The notes under the pieces are model-generated. The model was not told where the DNA came from, made no database searches, and saw nothing but the letters and a program-made list of their open reading frames with translations. Below, one piece after another: positions 45,384-57,496 of a stretch of 64,000 bases of DNA. Source of the DNA: Escherichia coli (GTDB lineage: Bacteria > Pseudomonadota > Gammaproteobacteria > Enterobacterales > Enterobacteriaceae); assembly GCF_048403405.1 (NCBI RefSeq), contig NZ_CP183129.1, one strand, 5' to 3'. The number at the start of each line of letters is the position of its first letter. Positions within the stretch are counted from its first letter, which is position 1. A program made the position numbers and the translations under genes.

Positions 45384-45944
45384 TCAAAACTGAAAGCGCA
45401 TCCAGGCAAAGTACACATTGCCATTGTTGTAGGTACCCGGAATGTAGGTCATCTGAAAAGTCACTGGGCCATAACCCACGGAGGCCAATGGCAGTAGAAC
45501 CGGGAGAGGGATGTAATTCCAGTTATCGCGTGCCGTTACGCCAGCGGTGAATCCCAGACCTAAATGAAAATTTTCATCCGCCAGCGGTCGCCAGGTACTT
45601 TCCCATCCGTATCCGGCAATCGGTTCCCATTTGTTCCACGAGTCCTTAAATGCCATGGCATACAGGCCATGCCAGTTTCCTTTTTCATCCCAACGCGACT
45701 GACCAAAACCGCCACCCCACGGTCGCTCGTTATAGCGATCGGTTTTTTCTTTGTCGTAAGCGAAACGTGCATGCCAGGTGATGGCAGGAATATATAAATC
45801 ATAATGTTCAGGCTGTTGCCAGGTTTGTGCAATATTTTCTCTAAACGTTGTCATCCACTCATCTGCGTTAGCAAAAACTTTACCAACGCTGATTAACTGA
45901 ATAAAAACAAAGGAAAAGATAGCGACATATTGACTCACGTTCAT
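45384..45944 (-). CDS. pagP: Outer-membrane lipid A palmitoyltransferase
   Basis: 186 aa from [16 protein letters not shown] (signal peptide). Beta-barrel with a C-terminal F. Confidence 0.94.
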   Translation of the reverse strand: MNVSQYVAIFSFVFIQLISVGKVFANADEWMTTFRENIAQTWQQPEHYDLYIPAITWHARFAYDKEKTDRYNERPWGGGFGQSRWDEKGNWHGLYAMAFKDSWNKWEPIAGYGWESTWRPLADENFHLGLGFTAGVTARDNWNYIPLPVLLPLASVGYGPVTFQMTYIPGTYNNGNVYFAWMRFQF

Positions 45945-46429
45945 TTGTGACCATAAAACATTTATCAAAAATCTACTACTAGCATAGCAAAGCTACAATT
46001 AACATAACCTTAATAGCCCCAACATGAAGAATAATCTGAATAGCTGCTCTATTTATTTCCGCTTGTTCAAGATAAATATTTCCGCGCATCGATTAAAGAT
46101 GATTCGTCGTTTTCTGCGATGGGAATAGTCAAAAAAGAAAAACCAAGTATTTTTTGATGACAAAATGCAACCAAGGAAAAATTTCTTTATTTTTTAATTG
46201 GATACAAAAATCACCTTAACGAAGAATATAATATATATCGTCAACCCATGCTCATGGCAGATTATTTTCTGAGCACGCAACCGCAGCTAACACCATTGCT
46301 ATTAACAAATTTGCATCAATCCGCCATCAATTTACACACATTATTATGTGGTAATTGCCAAACGCTAAATATGCGTTTTGTTATCTATGTATAAAAACAG
46401 CAACTTCAATGTCTTAATGGCAGTTTTTC

Positions 46430-46443
46430 TTGATTTTAATCAG
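46430..46443. promoter_or_regulatory. FNR-like binding site upstream of dcuC
   Basis: TTGATTTTAATCAG compared with consensus TTGAT-N4-ATCAA (9 of 10 positions). It lies ~90 bp upstream of the dcuC ATG. dcuC is known to be anaerobically induced. Confidence 0.45.
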
Positions 46444-46532
46444 CATTCACCGCCAATTTATTGGGCATATTTTTTCCTTAAGTTTTAGGAATTTTTTATT
46501 ATTTACTTTGGGGCCTGGAGACAGGAAAAATT

Positions 46533-47918
46533 ATGCTGACATTCATTGAACTCCTTATTGGGGTTGTGGTTATTGTGGGTGTAGCTCGCTACATCATTAA
46601 AGGGTATTCCGCCACTGGCGTGTTATTTGTCGGTGGCCTGTTATTGCTGATTATCAGTGCCATTATGGGGCACAAAGTGTTACCGTCCAGCCAGGCTTCA
46701 ACAGGCTACAGCGCCACGGATATCGTTGAATACGTTAAAATATTGCTAATGAGCCGCGGCGGCGACCTCGGCATGATGATTATGATGCTGTGTGGCTTTG
46801 CCGCTTACATGACCCATATCGGCGCGAATGATATGGTGGTCAAGCTGGCGTCAAAACCATTGCAGTATATTAACTCCCCTTACCTGCTGATGATTGCCGC
46901 CTATTTTGTCGCCTGTCTGATGTCTCTGGCCGTCTCTTCCGCGACCGGTCTGGGTGTTTTGCTGATGGCAACCCTGTTTCCGGTGATGGTAAACGTTGGT
47001 ATCAGCCGTGGTGCAGCTGCTGCTATTTGTGCCTCCCCGGCGGCGATTATTCTCGCACCGACTTCAGGGGATGTGGTGCTGGCGGCGCAGGCTTCCGAAA
47101 TGTCGCTGATTGACTTCGCCTTCAAAACGACGCTGCCTATCTCAATTGCTGCAATTATCGGCATGGCGATCGCCCACTTCTTCTGGCAACGTTATCTGGA
47201 TAAAAAAGAGCACATCTCTCATGAAATGTTAGATGTCAGTGAAATCACCACCACTGCTCCTGCGTTTTATGCCATTTTGCCGTTCACGCCGATCATCGGA
47301 GTGCTGATTTTTGACGGCAAATGGGGTCCGCAATTACACATCATCACTATTCTGGTGATTTGTATGCTGATTGCCTCCATTCTGGAGTTCATCCGCAGCT
47401 TTAATACCCAGAAAGTTTTCTCTGGTCTGGAAGTGGCTTATCGCGGGATGGCAGATGCGTTTGCTAACGTGGTGATGCTGCTGGTTGCCGCTGGGGTATT
47501 CGCTCAGGGGCTTAGCACCATCGGCTTTATTCAAAGTCTGATTTCTATCGCCACCTCGTTTGGTTCGGCGAGTATCATCCTGATGCTGGTATTAGTGATC
47601 CTGACAATGCTGGCGGCAGTCACGACCGGTTCAGGCAATGCGCCGTTTTATGCGTTTGTTGAGATGATCCCGAAACTGGCGCACTCTTCCGGCATTAACC
47701 CGGCGTATTTGACTATCCCAATGCTGCAGGCGTCAAACCTCGGTCGTACCCTGTCACCCGTTTCTGGCGTAGTCGTTGCGGTTGCCGGGATGGCGAAAAT
47801 CTCACCATTTGAAGTCGTAAAACGCACCTCGGTGCCGGTGCTTGTTGGTTTGGTGATTGTTATCGTTGCTACAGAGCTGATGGTGCCAGGAACGGCAGCC
47901 GCGGTCACAGGCAAGTAA
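46533..47918 (+). CDS. dcuC: Anaerobic C4-dicarboxylate transporter
   Basis: 461 aa multi-TM protein. Recognisable DcuC. Confidence 0.95.
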   Translation: MLTFIELLIGVVVIVGVARYIIKGYSATGVLFVGGLLLLIISAIMGHKVLPSSQASTGYSATDIVEYVKILLMSRGGDLGMMIMMLCGFAAYMTHIGANDMVVKLASKPLQYINSPYLLMIAAYFVACLMSLAVSSATGLGVLLMATLFPVMVNVGISRGAAAAICASPAAIILAPTSGDVVLAAQASEMSLIDFAFKTTLPISIAAIIGMAIAHFFWQRYLDKKEHISHEMLDVSEITTTAPAFYAILPFTPIIGVLIFDGKWGPQLHIITILVICMLIASILEFIRSFNTQKVFSGLEVAYRGMADAFANVVMLLVAAGVFAQGLSTIGFIQSLISIATSFGSASIILMLVLVILTMLAAVTTGSGNAPFYAFVEMIPKLAHSSGINPAYLTIPMLQASNLGRTLSPVSGVVVAVAGMAKISPFEVVKRTSVPVLVGLVIVIVATELMVPGTAAAVTGK

Positions 47919-47926
47919 ATAGTCAT

Positions 47927-47953
47927 GCCGGAGGCAAGTTTCCTCCGGCTTTA
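47927..47953. terminator. Terminator between dcuC and dpiA
   Basis: GCCGGAGG-CAAGTTT-CCTCCGGC followed by TTTA. Confidence 0.65.
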
Positions 47954-47958
47954 TCATG

Positions 47959-48639
47959 TCACCCACTGTGGTATATGCGTTGCGGTCTGCCAACTTTGCC
48001 GTGAACAATTTCAGCAATAATCAGATGGCGGCTGGCGCAATATTCAAGATAACGTCTGGCAGTGGTGCGGCTGATAGTCAGTGCCTGCGCCACCGTTTCT
48101 GCCGTATGTTGCACACCAGGCTCTTTAAACAGTTTTCGCACTGCGTTTAGCGTCAAGGGGTCAATGCCGGTCGGCAGTTCGTCTTTGGGTTCACCGCGAG
48201 CATAGGCATTAAACATCTCATCAATTTGCTTCTGGCTGGCGCTATCAATACTTTCCAGCATATGTTTACGCTGGCGGAAACGGGTTAGCGTTTGCCCCAG
48301 ACGTTCATAGGCAATTGGCTTAATGAGATAATCAAATACACCACAACGTACGGCTTCAGACACCGTTTCCATATCACTGGCTGCAGTGGTAAACACCACG
48401 TCGCCGGGATAATGCGCCTGCACCAGTTCATGCAGTAAATTAATCCCTCTACCGTCAGGAAGATAGTTATCGAGCAAGATTAGCCCCGGCTTAAAACGCT
48501 CGATCATCATTCGGGCCTGCGCCAGGTTTCCCGCCAGTAATATCTGACTGAATCCGGGAATGTGACGAATATATTCCGCATGCATCTCTGCCAGCGGCGT
48601 TTCGTCCTCAACGATCAATAGGGTTAATGGAGCTGTCAT
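47959..48639 (-). CDS. dpiA: Citrate-responsive two-component response regulator
   Basis: 226 aa with a receiver domain and a CitB-type HTH. The start overlaps the dpiB 3' end by 32 nt. Confidence 0.95.
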   Translation of the reverse strand: MTAPLTLLIVEDETPLAEMHAEYIRHIPGFSQILLAGNLAQARMMIERFKPGLILLDNYLPDGRGINLLHELVQAHYPGDVVFTTAASDMETVSEAVRCGVFDYLIKPIAYERLGQTLTRFRQRKHMLESIDSASQKQIDEMFNAYARGEPKDELPTGIDPLTLNAVRKLFKEPGVQHTAETVAQALTISRTTARRYLEYCASRHLIIAEIVHGKVGRPQRIYHSG

Positions 48640-50266
48640 TAGGTTTCACTTTCGGAATATAGATTGAAAATAAGGTACCGCAGGGATCATTATCTTCGAG
48701 AGTGATAACACCACCGCAGCGCGTTACGTAGCTGGCAATCAAGTACAACCCAATGCCATGTTCACCGGGCTCGTCAGCACGCGTACTGACACCCTGCTCA
48801 AATATTTTGTCTCGTAGAGACTCTGGAACGCCGCAGCCCTGATCGGCGACTTCAATCACCACATCATCGCCTTCATCGCTGAGGAATAATTCAACGATCT
48901 TGTTTCCTTCATCGCTACGTAGGCTGGCTTCGAAGGCGTTATCAAGTAAATTGCCAACAATGGCTGCAAACTCGGTGCTGTCCAGTCCTGGCGGCAGTTG
49001 CGAAAGCTGACTTCCGGGGACGATGACCATTTTTAGCCCCAGTTCGCGGGCGCGCTGCACTTTACCAAAAAGCAGCCCCGCCACCTGGCGATCGGCAAAC
49101 GCCTCGCGCAGGCTATCAATAAGCTGTTGCTGGGCCTGAGACTCCCCCTGCACCATCGCCAACACGCGATCATACTCTTTCATCTGCAACAGACCATTGA
49201 GCGTCGACATCCAATTGAGATGCTCGTGTCGCAATGTGCGCAGGCTCTCGACGTATTGTTTAATTTGCGTCAGTTGCGCATTGAGGGTGGATATTTCGTC
49301 TTTACTACGAAAGCTGATAATGGCCCCCAGCAAATCATCACCAGAACGAATAGCTTCCCGGTTGGCAATAACGCTCAGACCGTTAAAGTTCGCCACCACA
49401 TCCTGTCGTTTTTCATCAATCTGTTCGGTAAAGAAATCGGCGGGCCTGACCACTTCAGCAATGGGTTTACCCAACCATTGCCGTCCGGGGGAGCTCAGCC
49501 CCAGCATCTTTCTTGCGTTACGATTGATGGCGGTAATGTAACCGTGCGGATCCACCGCAATGAGCCCTTCATAAACCGAACTAAACAGCGCCTCTTGCTG
49601 ACGGACCACGCGTGCGATTTGCTTTGGCTCCATGCCCATCATCTGCCGACGGATATGCGCGGCCAGGAACCACGACAGCAACATCAGAATCCCTAACAGC
49701 ACGACAAACACGCCAGCCATCGGTAATAAAAACTCAGCCCGCCAGCTATCGATTTTACTCACCAGGTAGCCAATCGACACCACGCCGATGACTTTTCCAT
49801 CGTCATCAAAGATTGGCGTTTTGGCACGCATCGCCATGCCAATTGACCCTTTCCCGGTGATGAAGTAGCTCTCCCCTTTCTCCAGCGCGCCCGGTTTGGT
49901 GAACTGCATAGGATAACCAATTTTCTCCGGATTAGGATGGTAAAGACGAATCGAGTGCCGATCGCCAATCACCACATAATCGAAATCAGTATCTCTTTGT
50001 AATTTGTCAGCGATGGTCGCCAGCCTCTTGTAGTCACGCGTTTTCACTGCGCTGATGATACTGTCATTAGAAGCAATAATTTTTGCCTGATTCATTGCCA
50101 TGTCGCGCACATGAAGCGTTAAATAGTCCTCAAAACTGGCCGTAAAATATTGCGCCAGGGCTGCAATGACAAATATTGAGAACACCAGAATCAGCAAAAA
50201 GATACGCAGCGGAAATGCCAGTCTTTGGAAAAATGCAAACTGTTTATTCTCGTTAAGCTGCAACAT
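48608..50266 (-). CDS. dpiB: Citrate sensor histidine kinase
   Basis: 552 aa from MLQLNENKQFAFFQ, with two TM segments, PAS domains and the H-box LRHEHLNW. The track's start is 20 codons too long. Confidence 0.94.
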   Translation of the reverse strand: MLQLNENKQFAFFQRLAFPLRIFLLILVFSIFVIAALAQYFTASFEDYLTLHVRDMAMNQAKIIASNDSIISAVKTRDYKRLATIADKLQRDTDFDYVVIGDRHSIRLYHPNPEKIGYPMQFTKPGALEKGESYFITGKGSIGMAMRAKTPIFDDDGKVIGVVSIGYLVSKIDSWRAEFLLPMAGVFVVLLGILMLLSWFLAAHIRRQMMGMEPKQIARVVRQQEALFSSVYEGLIAVDPHGYITAINRNARKMLGLSSPGRQWLGKPIAEVVRPADFFTEQIDEKRQDVVANFNGLSVIANREAIRSGDDLLGAIISFRSKDEISTLNAQLTQIKQYVESLRTLRHEHLNWMSTLNGLLQMKEYDRVLAMVQGESQAQQQLIDSLREAFADRQVAGLLFGKVQRARELGLKMVIVPGSQLSQLPPGLDSTEFAAIVGNLLDNAFEASLRSDEGNKIVELFLSDEGDDVVIEVADQGCGVPESLRDKIFEQGVSTRADEPGEHGIGLYLIASYVTRCGGVITLEDNDPCGTLFSIYIPKVKPNDSSINPIDR

Positions 50267-50644
50267 TGTTTTCCTTGCGGGTTGTCCCGAGCCTCTTTGA
50301 CGAATGTAATTAAAATGTTGAATCAAAATACATAGATATTAAATATAATCGTGGCAAATTTTATTCATTAAATCAATTAAATCACTTAAACCTGCGGGTC
50401 ACTTCGTAATTACATTAATTAAAAAACTTAAAACCATTAAATAAATAAAAAACCACTAACTCTATGTGAAATAAATCAAAATTTCACGCTGCAATACTCC
50501 TTAGGATGTATAGCGAAAGGAGAAAAAGATATACCTCGATCGCCCCCTTTCTCCCAAGTGAAAATAAAAGGTTATCAGTTTGCAACATCGAACAACATTT
50601 GTTGCAAATCGATAACAACATGCACCTTCAGGATACTATTTATT

Positions 50645-51703
50645 ATGTTCGGCAATGATATTTTCACCCGTGTAAAACGTTCAGAAAATAAAAAAATGGC
50701 GGAAATCGCCCAATTCCTGCATGAAAATGATTTGAGCGTTGACACCACAGTCGAAGTATTTATTACCGTAACCCGCGATGAAAAGCTTATCGCGTGCGGT
50801 GGAATTGCCGGAAATATTATTAAATGCGTTGCTATCAGTGAATCCGTTCGCGGTGAAGGACTGGCGCTGACATTAGCCACCGAGCTAATTAACCTCGCCT
50901 ATGAGCGGCACAGCACGCATCTGTTTATTTATACCAAAACCGAATACGAGGCGCTGTTCCGCCAGTGCGGTTTTTCCACGCTGACCAGTGTACCCGGCGT
51001 GATGGTGCTGATGGAAAACAGCGCCACGCGACTGAAACGCTATGCCGAATCGCTGAAAAAATTTCGTCATCCAGGGAACAAGATTGGCTGCATTGTGATG
51101 AACGCCAATCCCTTTACGAATGGTCACCGTTATCTGATTCAACAAGCTGCGGCACAGTGCGACTGGTTGCATCTGTTTTTAGTTAAAGAAGATTCTTCAC
51201 GCTTTCCCTATGAAGACCGGCTGGATCTGGTGTTAAAAGGCACCGCCGATATTCCACGCCTGACTGTGCATCGCGGCTCCGAATACATCATCTCCCGCGC
51301 TACGTTCCCTTGCTACTTCATTAAAGAACAGAGCGTCATTAACCATTGTTACACCGAAATTGATCTGAAGATTTTCCGTCAGTACCTCGCTCCCGCGCTG
51401 GGTGTAACTCACCGCTTTGTCGGTACTGAACCCTTTTGTCGCGTTACCGCCCAGTACAACCAGGATATGCGCTACTGGCTGGAAACGCCGACTATCTCCG
51501 CACCGCCCATCGAACTGGTTGAAATTGAGCGGCTGCGTTACCAGGAGATGCCGATATCCGCTTCCCGGGTACGTCAACTGCTGGCGAAAAACGATCTCAC
51601 GGCTATCGCGCCGCTGGTCCCTGCAGTCACGCTGCATTATTTGCAGAACCTGCTTGAGCACTCCCGCCAGGACGCGGCAGCTCGTCAAAAGACCCCCGCA
51701 TGA
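50645..51703 (+). CDS. citC: [Citrate (pro-3S)-lyase] ligase
   Basis: 352 aa from MFGNDIFTRVKRSENKK. The track's start is 29 codons too long. Confidence 0.94.
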   Translation: MFGNDIFTRVKRSENKKMAEIAQFLHENDLSVDTTVEVFITVTRDEKLIACGGIAGNIIKCVAISESVRGEGLALTLATELINLAYERHSTHLFIYTKTEYEALFRQCGFSTLTSVPGVMVLMENSATRLKRYAESLKKFRHPGNKIGCIVMNANPFTNGHRYLIQQAAAQCDWLHLFLVKEDSSRFPYEDRLDLVLKGTADIPRLTVHRGSEYIISRATFPCYFIKEQSVINHCYTEIDLKIFRQYLAPALGVTHRFVGTEPFCRVTAQYNQDMRYWLETPTISAPPIELVEIERLRYQEMPISASRVRQLLAKNDLTAIAPLVPAVTLHYLQNLLEHSRQDAAARQKTPA

Positions 51704-51717
51704 GAAACAGGTGAAAA

Positions 51718-52014
51718 ATGAAAATAAACCAGCCCGCCGTTGCAGGCACCCTTGAGTCTGGGGATGTGATGATACGCATCGCCCCACTCGATACGCAGGA
51801 TATCGACCTGCAAATCAACAGCAGCGTTGAGAAACAGTTTGGCGATGCAATTCGCACCACCATTCTGGACGTTCTCGCCCGCTACAACGTGCGCGGCGTA
51901 CAGCTGAATGTCGATGATAAAGGCGCACTGGACTGCATTTTACGTGCACGACTGGAAGCCCTGCTGGCACGCGCCAGCGGTATCCCGGCTCTGCCATGGG
52001 AGGATTGCCAATGA
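51718..52014 (+). CDS. citD: Citrate lyase acyl carrier protein (gamma subunit)
   Basis: 98 aa with the ESGD prosthetic-group serine context. Confidence 0.95.
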
Positions 52015-52919
52015 TTTCCGCTTCGCTGCAACAACGTAAAACTCGCACCCGCCGCAGCATGTTGTTTGTGCCTGGTGCCAATGCCGCGATGGTCAGCAAC
52101 TCCTTCATCTACCCGGCTGATGCCCTGATGTTTGACCTCGAAGACTCCGTGGCATTACGTGAAAAAGACACCGCCCGCCGCATGGTTTACCACGCGCTGC
52201 AACATCCGCTGTATCGCGATATTGAAACCATTGTGCGTGTCAACGCGCTGGATTCCGAATGGGGTGTCAACGACCTGGAAGCCGTCGTTCGCGGTGGTGC
52301 GGACGTTGTGCGTCTGCCGAAAACCGATACCGCTCAGGATGTTCTGGATATCGAAAAAGAGATCCTGCGTATCGAAAAAGCCTGTGGTCGTGAACCCGGC
52401 AGCACCGGCTTGCTGGCGGCGATTGAATCTCCGCTGGGCATTACCCGCGCAGTGGAAATCGCTCACGCTTCCGAGCGTTTGATCGGTATCGCCCTCGGTG
52501 CAGAAGACTATGTGCGCAACCTGCGTACAGAACGCTCCCCGGAAGGAACTGAACTGCTGTTCGCACGCTGCTCCATTTTGCAGGCCGCGCGCTCTGCGGG
52601 TATTCAGGCGTTCGATACCGTCTATTCCGACGCTAACAACGAAGCCGGATTCCTGCAAGAAGCCGCCCACATCAAACAGCTGGGCTTTGACGGCAAATCG
52701 CTGATCAACCCGCGTCAGATTGATCTGCTGCACAACCTCTACGCACCGACCCAGAAAGAAGTGGATCACGCCCGCCGCGTCGTAGAAGCCGCTGAAGCCG
52801 CCGCTCGCGAAGGCCTCGGCGTGGTTTCCCTGAATGGCAAGATGGTGGACGGTCCGGTTATCGATCGCGCCCGTCTGGTGCTCTCCCGCGCAGAACTTTC
52901 CGGCATCCGCGAAGAATAA
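52011..52919 (+). CDS. citE: Citrate lyase beta subunit (citryl-ACP lyase)
   Basis: 302 aa from [14 protein letters not shown] overlap with citD. Confidence 0.95.
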
Positions 52920-52929
52920 GGCAATCAAA

Positions 52930-54462
52930 ATGACGCAGAAAATTGAACAATCTCAACGACAAGAACGGGTAGCGGCCTGGAATCGTCGCGCTGAATGCGA
53001 TCTTGCCACTTTCCAAAACTCACCAAAGCAAACCTACCAGGCTGAAAAAGCGCGCGATCGCAAACTGTGCGCCAACCTGGAAGAAGCGATTCGTCGCTCG
53101 GGTTTACAGGACGGCATGACGGTTTCCTTCCATCACGCTTTCCGTGGCGGTGACCTGACCGTCAATATGGTGATGGACGTCATCGCGAAGATGGGCTTTA
53201 AAAACCTGACTCTGGCCTCCAGCTCCCTGAGTGATTGCCATGCGCCGCTGGTAGAACACATTCGCCAGGGCGTGGTTACCCGCATTTATACCTCTGGCCT
53301 GCGCGGTCCACTGGCGGAAGAAATCTCCCGTGGTCTGCTGGCGGAACCGGTGCAAATCCACTCTCACGGCGGACGTGTGCATCTGGTACAGAGCGGCGAA
53401 CTGAATATAGACGTGGCTTTCCTCGGCGTCCCGTCCTGTGATGAATTCGGTAATGCCAACGGCTACACCGGTAAAGCCTGCTGCGGCTCCCTCGGCTATG
53501 CAATGGTTGATGCCGACAACGCGAAACAGGTTGTGATGCTCACTGAAGAACTGCTGCCTTATCCGCATAATCCGGCAAGCATTGAGCAAGATCAGGTTGA
53601 TCTGATCGTCAAAGTTGATCGCGTTGGCGATGCCGCGAAAATCGGCGCTGGCGCGACCCGTATGACCACTAACCCGCGCGAACTGCTTATTGCCCGTAGC
53701 GCTGCGGATGTGATTGTCAACTCTGGCTACTTCAAAGAAGGTTTCTCCATGCAGACCGGCACCGGCGGCGCATCGCTGGCGGTAACCCGTTTCCTGGAAG
53801 ACAAAATGCGTAGCCGCGATATTCGCGCCGACTTCGCCCTTGGCGGTATTACCGCGACGATGGTTGACCTGCACGAAAAAGGTCTGATCCGCAAACTGCT
53901 GGATGTGCAGAGCTTTGACAGCCACGCTGCGCAATCGCTGGCCCGTAACCCCAATCACATCGAAATCAGCGCCAACCAGTACGCTAACTGGGGGTCGAAA
54001 GGTGCATCGGTTGATCGTCTCGACGTGGTGGTACTAAGCGCGCTGGAAATTGACACCCAGTTCAACGTTAACGTGCTGACCGGCTCTGACGGCGTACTGC
54101 GTGGTGCTTCCGGTGGTCACTGCGATACCGCGATTGCCTCTGCGCTTTCCATCATCGTCGCGCCGCTGGTACGCGGTCGTATTCCGACTCTGGTGGATAA
54201 CGTGCTGACCTGCATCACCCCGGGCTCCAGTGTCGATATTCTGGTCACAGACCACGGTATCGCAGTTAACCCGGCACGTCCGGAACTGGCAGAACGTCTG
54301 CAGGAAGCGGGCATTAAAGTGGTTTCCATTGAGTGGCTGCGTGAACGTGCGCGTCTGCTGACCGGTGAACCACAGCCGATTGAATTCACCGACCGCGTCG
54401 TTGCCGTTGTGCGTTACCGCGATGGCTCGGTGATCGATGTTGTGCATCAGGTGAAGGAATAA
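52930..54462 (+). CDS. citF: Citrate lyase alpha subunit (citrate-ACP transferase)
   Basis: 510 aa from MTQKIEQSQRQE. The track's start lies inside citE. Confidence 0.95.
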   Translation: MTQKIEQSQRQERVAAWNRRAECDLATFQNSPKQTYQAEKARDRKLCANLEEAIRRSGLQDGMTVSFHHAFRGGDLTVNMVMDVIAKMGFKNLTLASSSLSDCHAPLVEHIRQGVVTRIYTSGLRGPLAEEISRGLLAEPVQIHSHGGRVHLVQSGELNIDVAFLGVPSCDEFGNANGYTGKACCGSLGYAMVDADNAKQVVMLTEELLPYPHNPASIEQDQVDLIVKVDRVGDAAKIGAGATRMTTNPRELLIARSAADVIVNSGYFKEGFSMQTGTGGASLAVTRFLEDKMRSRDIRADFALGGITATMVDLHEKGLIRKLLDVQSFDSHAAQSLARNPNHIEISANQYANWGSKGASVDRLDVVVLSALEIDTQFNVNVLTGSDGVLRGASGGHCDTAIASALSIIVAPLVRGRIPTLVDNVLTCITPGSSVDILVTDHGIAVNPARPELAERLQEAGIKVVSIEWLRERARLLTGEPQPIEFTDRVVAVVRYRDGSVIDVVHQVKE

Positions 54463-54465
54463 GCC

Positions 54466-55870
<1,405 letters not shown>

Positions 55871-55919
55871 TTATTTAAGCACTTGATAAAATTGGAATAT
55901 TAATTGTCGGAGAACCCGT

Positions 55920-57383
55920 ATGTCTTTAGCAAAAGATAATATATGGAAATTATTGGCGCCCCTGGTGGTGATGGGTGTCATGTTTCTTATCCCTGTACCT
56001 GACGGTATGCCGCCGCAGGCGTGGCATTACTTTGCAGTGTTTGTGGCAATGATTGTCGGCATGATCCTCGAGCCAATTCCGGCAACGGCGATCAGTTTTA
56101 TTGCGGTTACTATTTGCGTTATTGGCAGTAATTACCTGCTCTTTGATGCCAAAGAATTAGCTGACCCAGCGTTTAATGCGCAAAAACAGGCGCTGAAATG
56201 GGGTCTGGCTGGTTTTTCCAGCACCACGGTATGGCTGGTATTTGGCGCATTTATTTTTGCATTAGGGTATGAAGTTTCCGGGTTAGGTCGTCGCATTGCC
56301 CTTTTCCTGGTGAAATTCATGGGCAAACGCACGCTGACGTTGGGTTATGCGATTGTCATTATCGACATTCTGCTGGCACCGTTTACACCGTCCAACACCG
56401 CGCGTACCGGGGGTACGGTTTTTCCGGTCATTAAAAACCTGCCGCCGCTGTTTAAATCATTCCCGAACGATCCGTCCGCGCGTCGTATTGGCGGCTATTT
56501 GATGTGGATGATGGTCATTAGTACCAGTCTGAGTTCGTCCATGTTTGTCACCGGTGCGGCACCAAACGTACTGGGTCTGGAGTTCGTCAGCAAAATTGCC
56601 GGTATCCAGATTAGCTGGTTGCAGTGGTTCCTCTGCTTCCTGCCGGTTGGGGTTATCTTGCTTATCATTGCGCCGTGGCTTTCCTACGTGCTGTACAAAC
56701 CGGAAATCACACACAGTGAAGAAGTGGCAACCTGGGCGGGTGATGAACTAAAAACCATGGGTGCGCTGACACGCAGAGAGTGGACGCTGATTGGTCTTGT
56801 ATTGCTCAGCTTAGGTTTGTGGGTATTTGGCAGTGAAGTCATTAATGCTACTGCGGTAGGTCTGCTGGCAGTTTCGCTAATGCTGGCCCTGCACGTTGTG
56901 CCGTGGAAAGACATTACCCGCTATAACAGCGCATGGAACACACTGGTCAACCTGGCAACTCTGGTTGTGATGGCTAATGGCCTGACTCGTTCTGGTTTTA
57001 TTGACTGGTTCGCCGGTACCATGAGTACGCACCTGGAAGGATTCTCACCAAACGCAACGGTGATTGTACTGGTTCTGGTGTTCTACTTTGCACACTACCT
57101 GTTTGCTAGCCTGTCTGCGCACACCGCAACCATGCTGCCGGTTATTCTGGCCGTCGGTAAAGGTATTCCGGGCGTACCAATGGAACAACTGTGTATCCTG
57201 CTGGTGCTGTCTATCGGTATCATGGGCTGTCTGACGCCGTATGCAACCGGTCCTGGGGTGATTATTTACGGCTGTGGCTATGTGAAATCAAAAGATTACT
57301 GGCGACTTGGTGCAATCTTCGGGGTGATTTACATCTCTATGCTGCTGTTGGTTGGCTGGCCGATTCTCGCCATGTGGAACTAA
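55920..57383 (+). CDS. citT: Citrate:succinate antiporter (DASS family)
   Basis: 487 aa multi-TM protein. Recognisable CitT. Confidence 0.95.
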   Translation: MSLAKDNIWKLLAPLVVMGVMFLIPVPDGMPPQAWHYFAVFVAMIVGMILEPIPATAISFIAVTICVIGSNYLLFDAKELADPAFNAQKQALKWGLAGFSSTTVWLVFGAFIFALGYEVSGLGRRIALFLVKFMGKRTLTLGYAIVIIDILLAPFTPSNTARTGGTVFPVIKNLPPLFKSFPNDPSARRIGGYLMWMMVISTSLSSSMFVTGAAPNVLGLEFVSKIAGIQISWLQWFLCFLPVGVILLIIAPWLSYVLYKPEITHSEEVATWAGDELKTMGALTRREWTLIGLVLLSLGLWVFGSEVINATAVGLLAVSLMLALHVVPWKDITRYNSAWNTLVNLATLVVMANGLTRSGFIDWFAGTMSTHLEGFSPNATVIVLVLVFYFAHYLFASLSAHTATMLPVILAVGKGIPGVPMEQLCILLVLSIGIMGCLTPYATGPGVIIYGCGYVKSKDYWRLGAIFGVIYISMLLLVGWPILAMWN

Positions 57384-57414
57384 TACGTTCGCCAAACGCT
57401 GAATAAATCATCAC

Positions 57415-57448
57415 GCCCGCCAGGTAAGCCCACCTGGCGGGCTTTTTT
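57415..57448 (+). terminator. citT rho-independent terminator
   Basis: GCCCGCCAGGT-AAGCCC-ACCTGGCGGGC followed by TTTTTT. Confidence 0.85.
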
Positions 57449-57496
57449 ATGATTTAATAGATAGTATTCAGTGTATGTATGAGTTCCACACCCATT

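Noticed and set aside
45306-45497. 63-aa plus-strand ORF between cspE and pagP
   Set aside because: It overlaps the pagP 3' end antisense and the AT-rich cspE promoter region, with no RBS or recognisable features.
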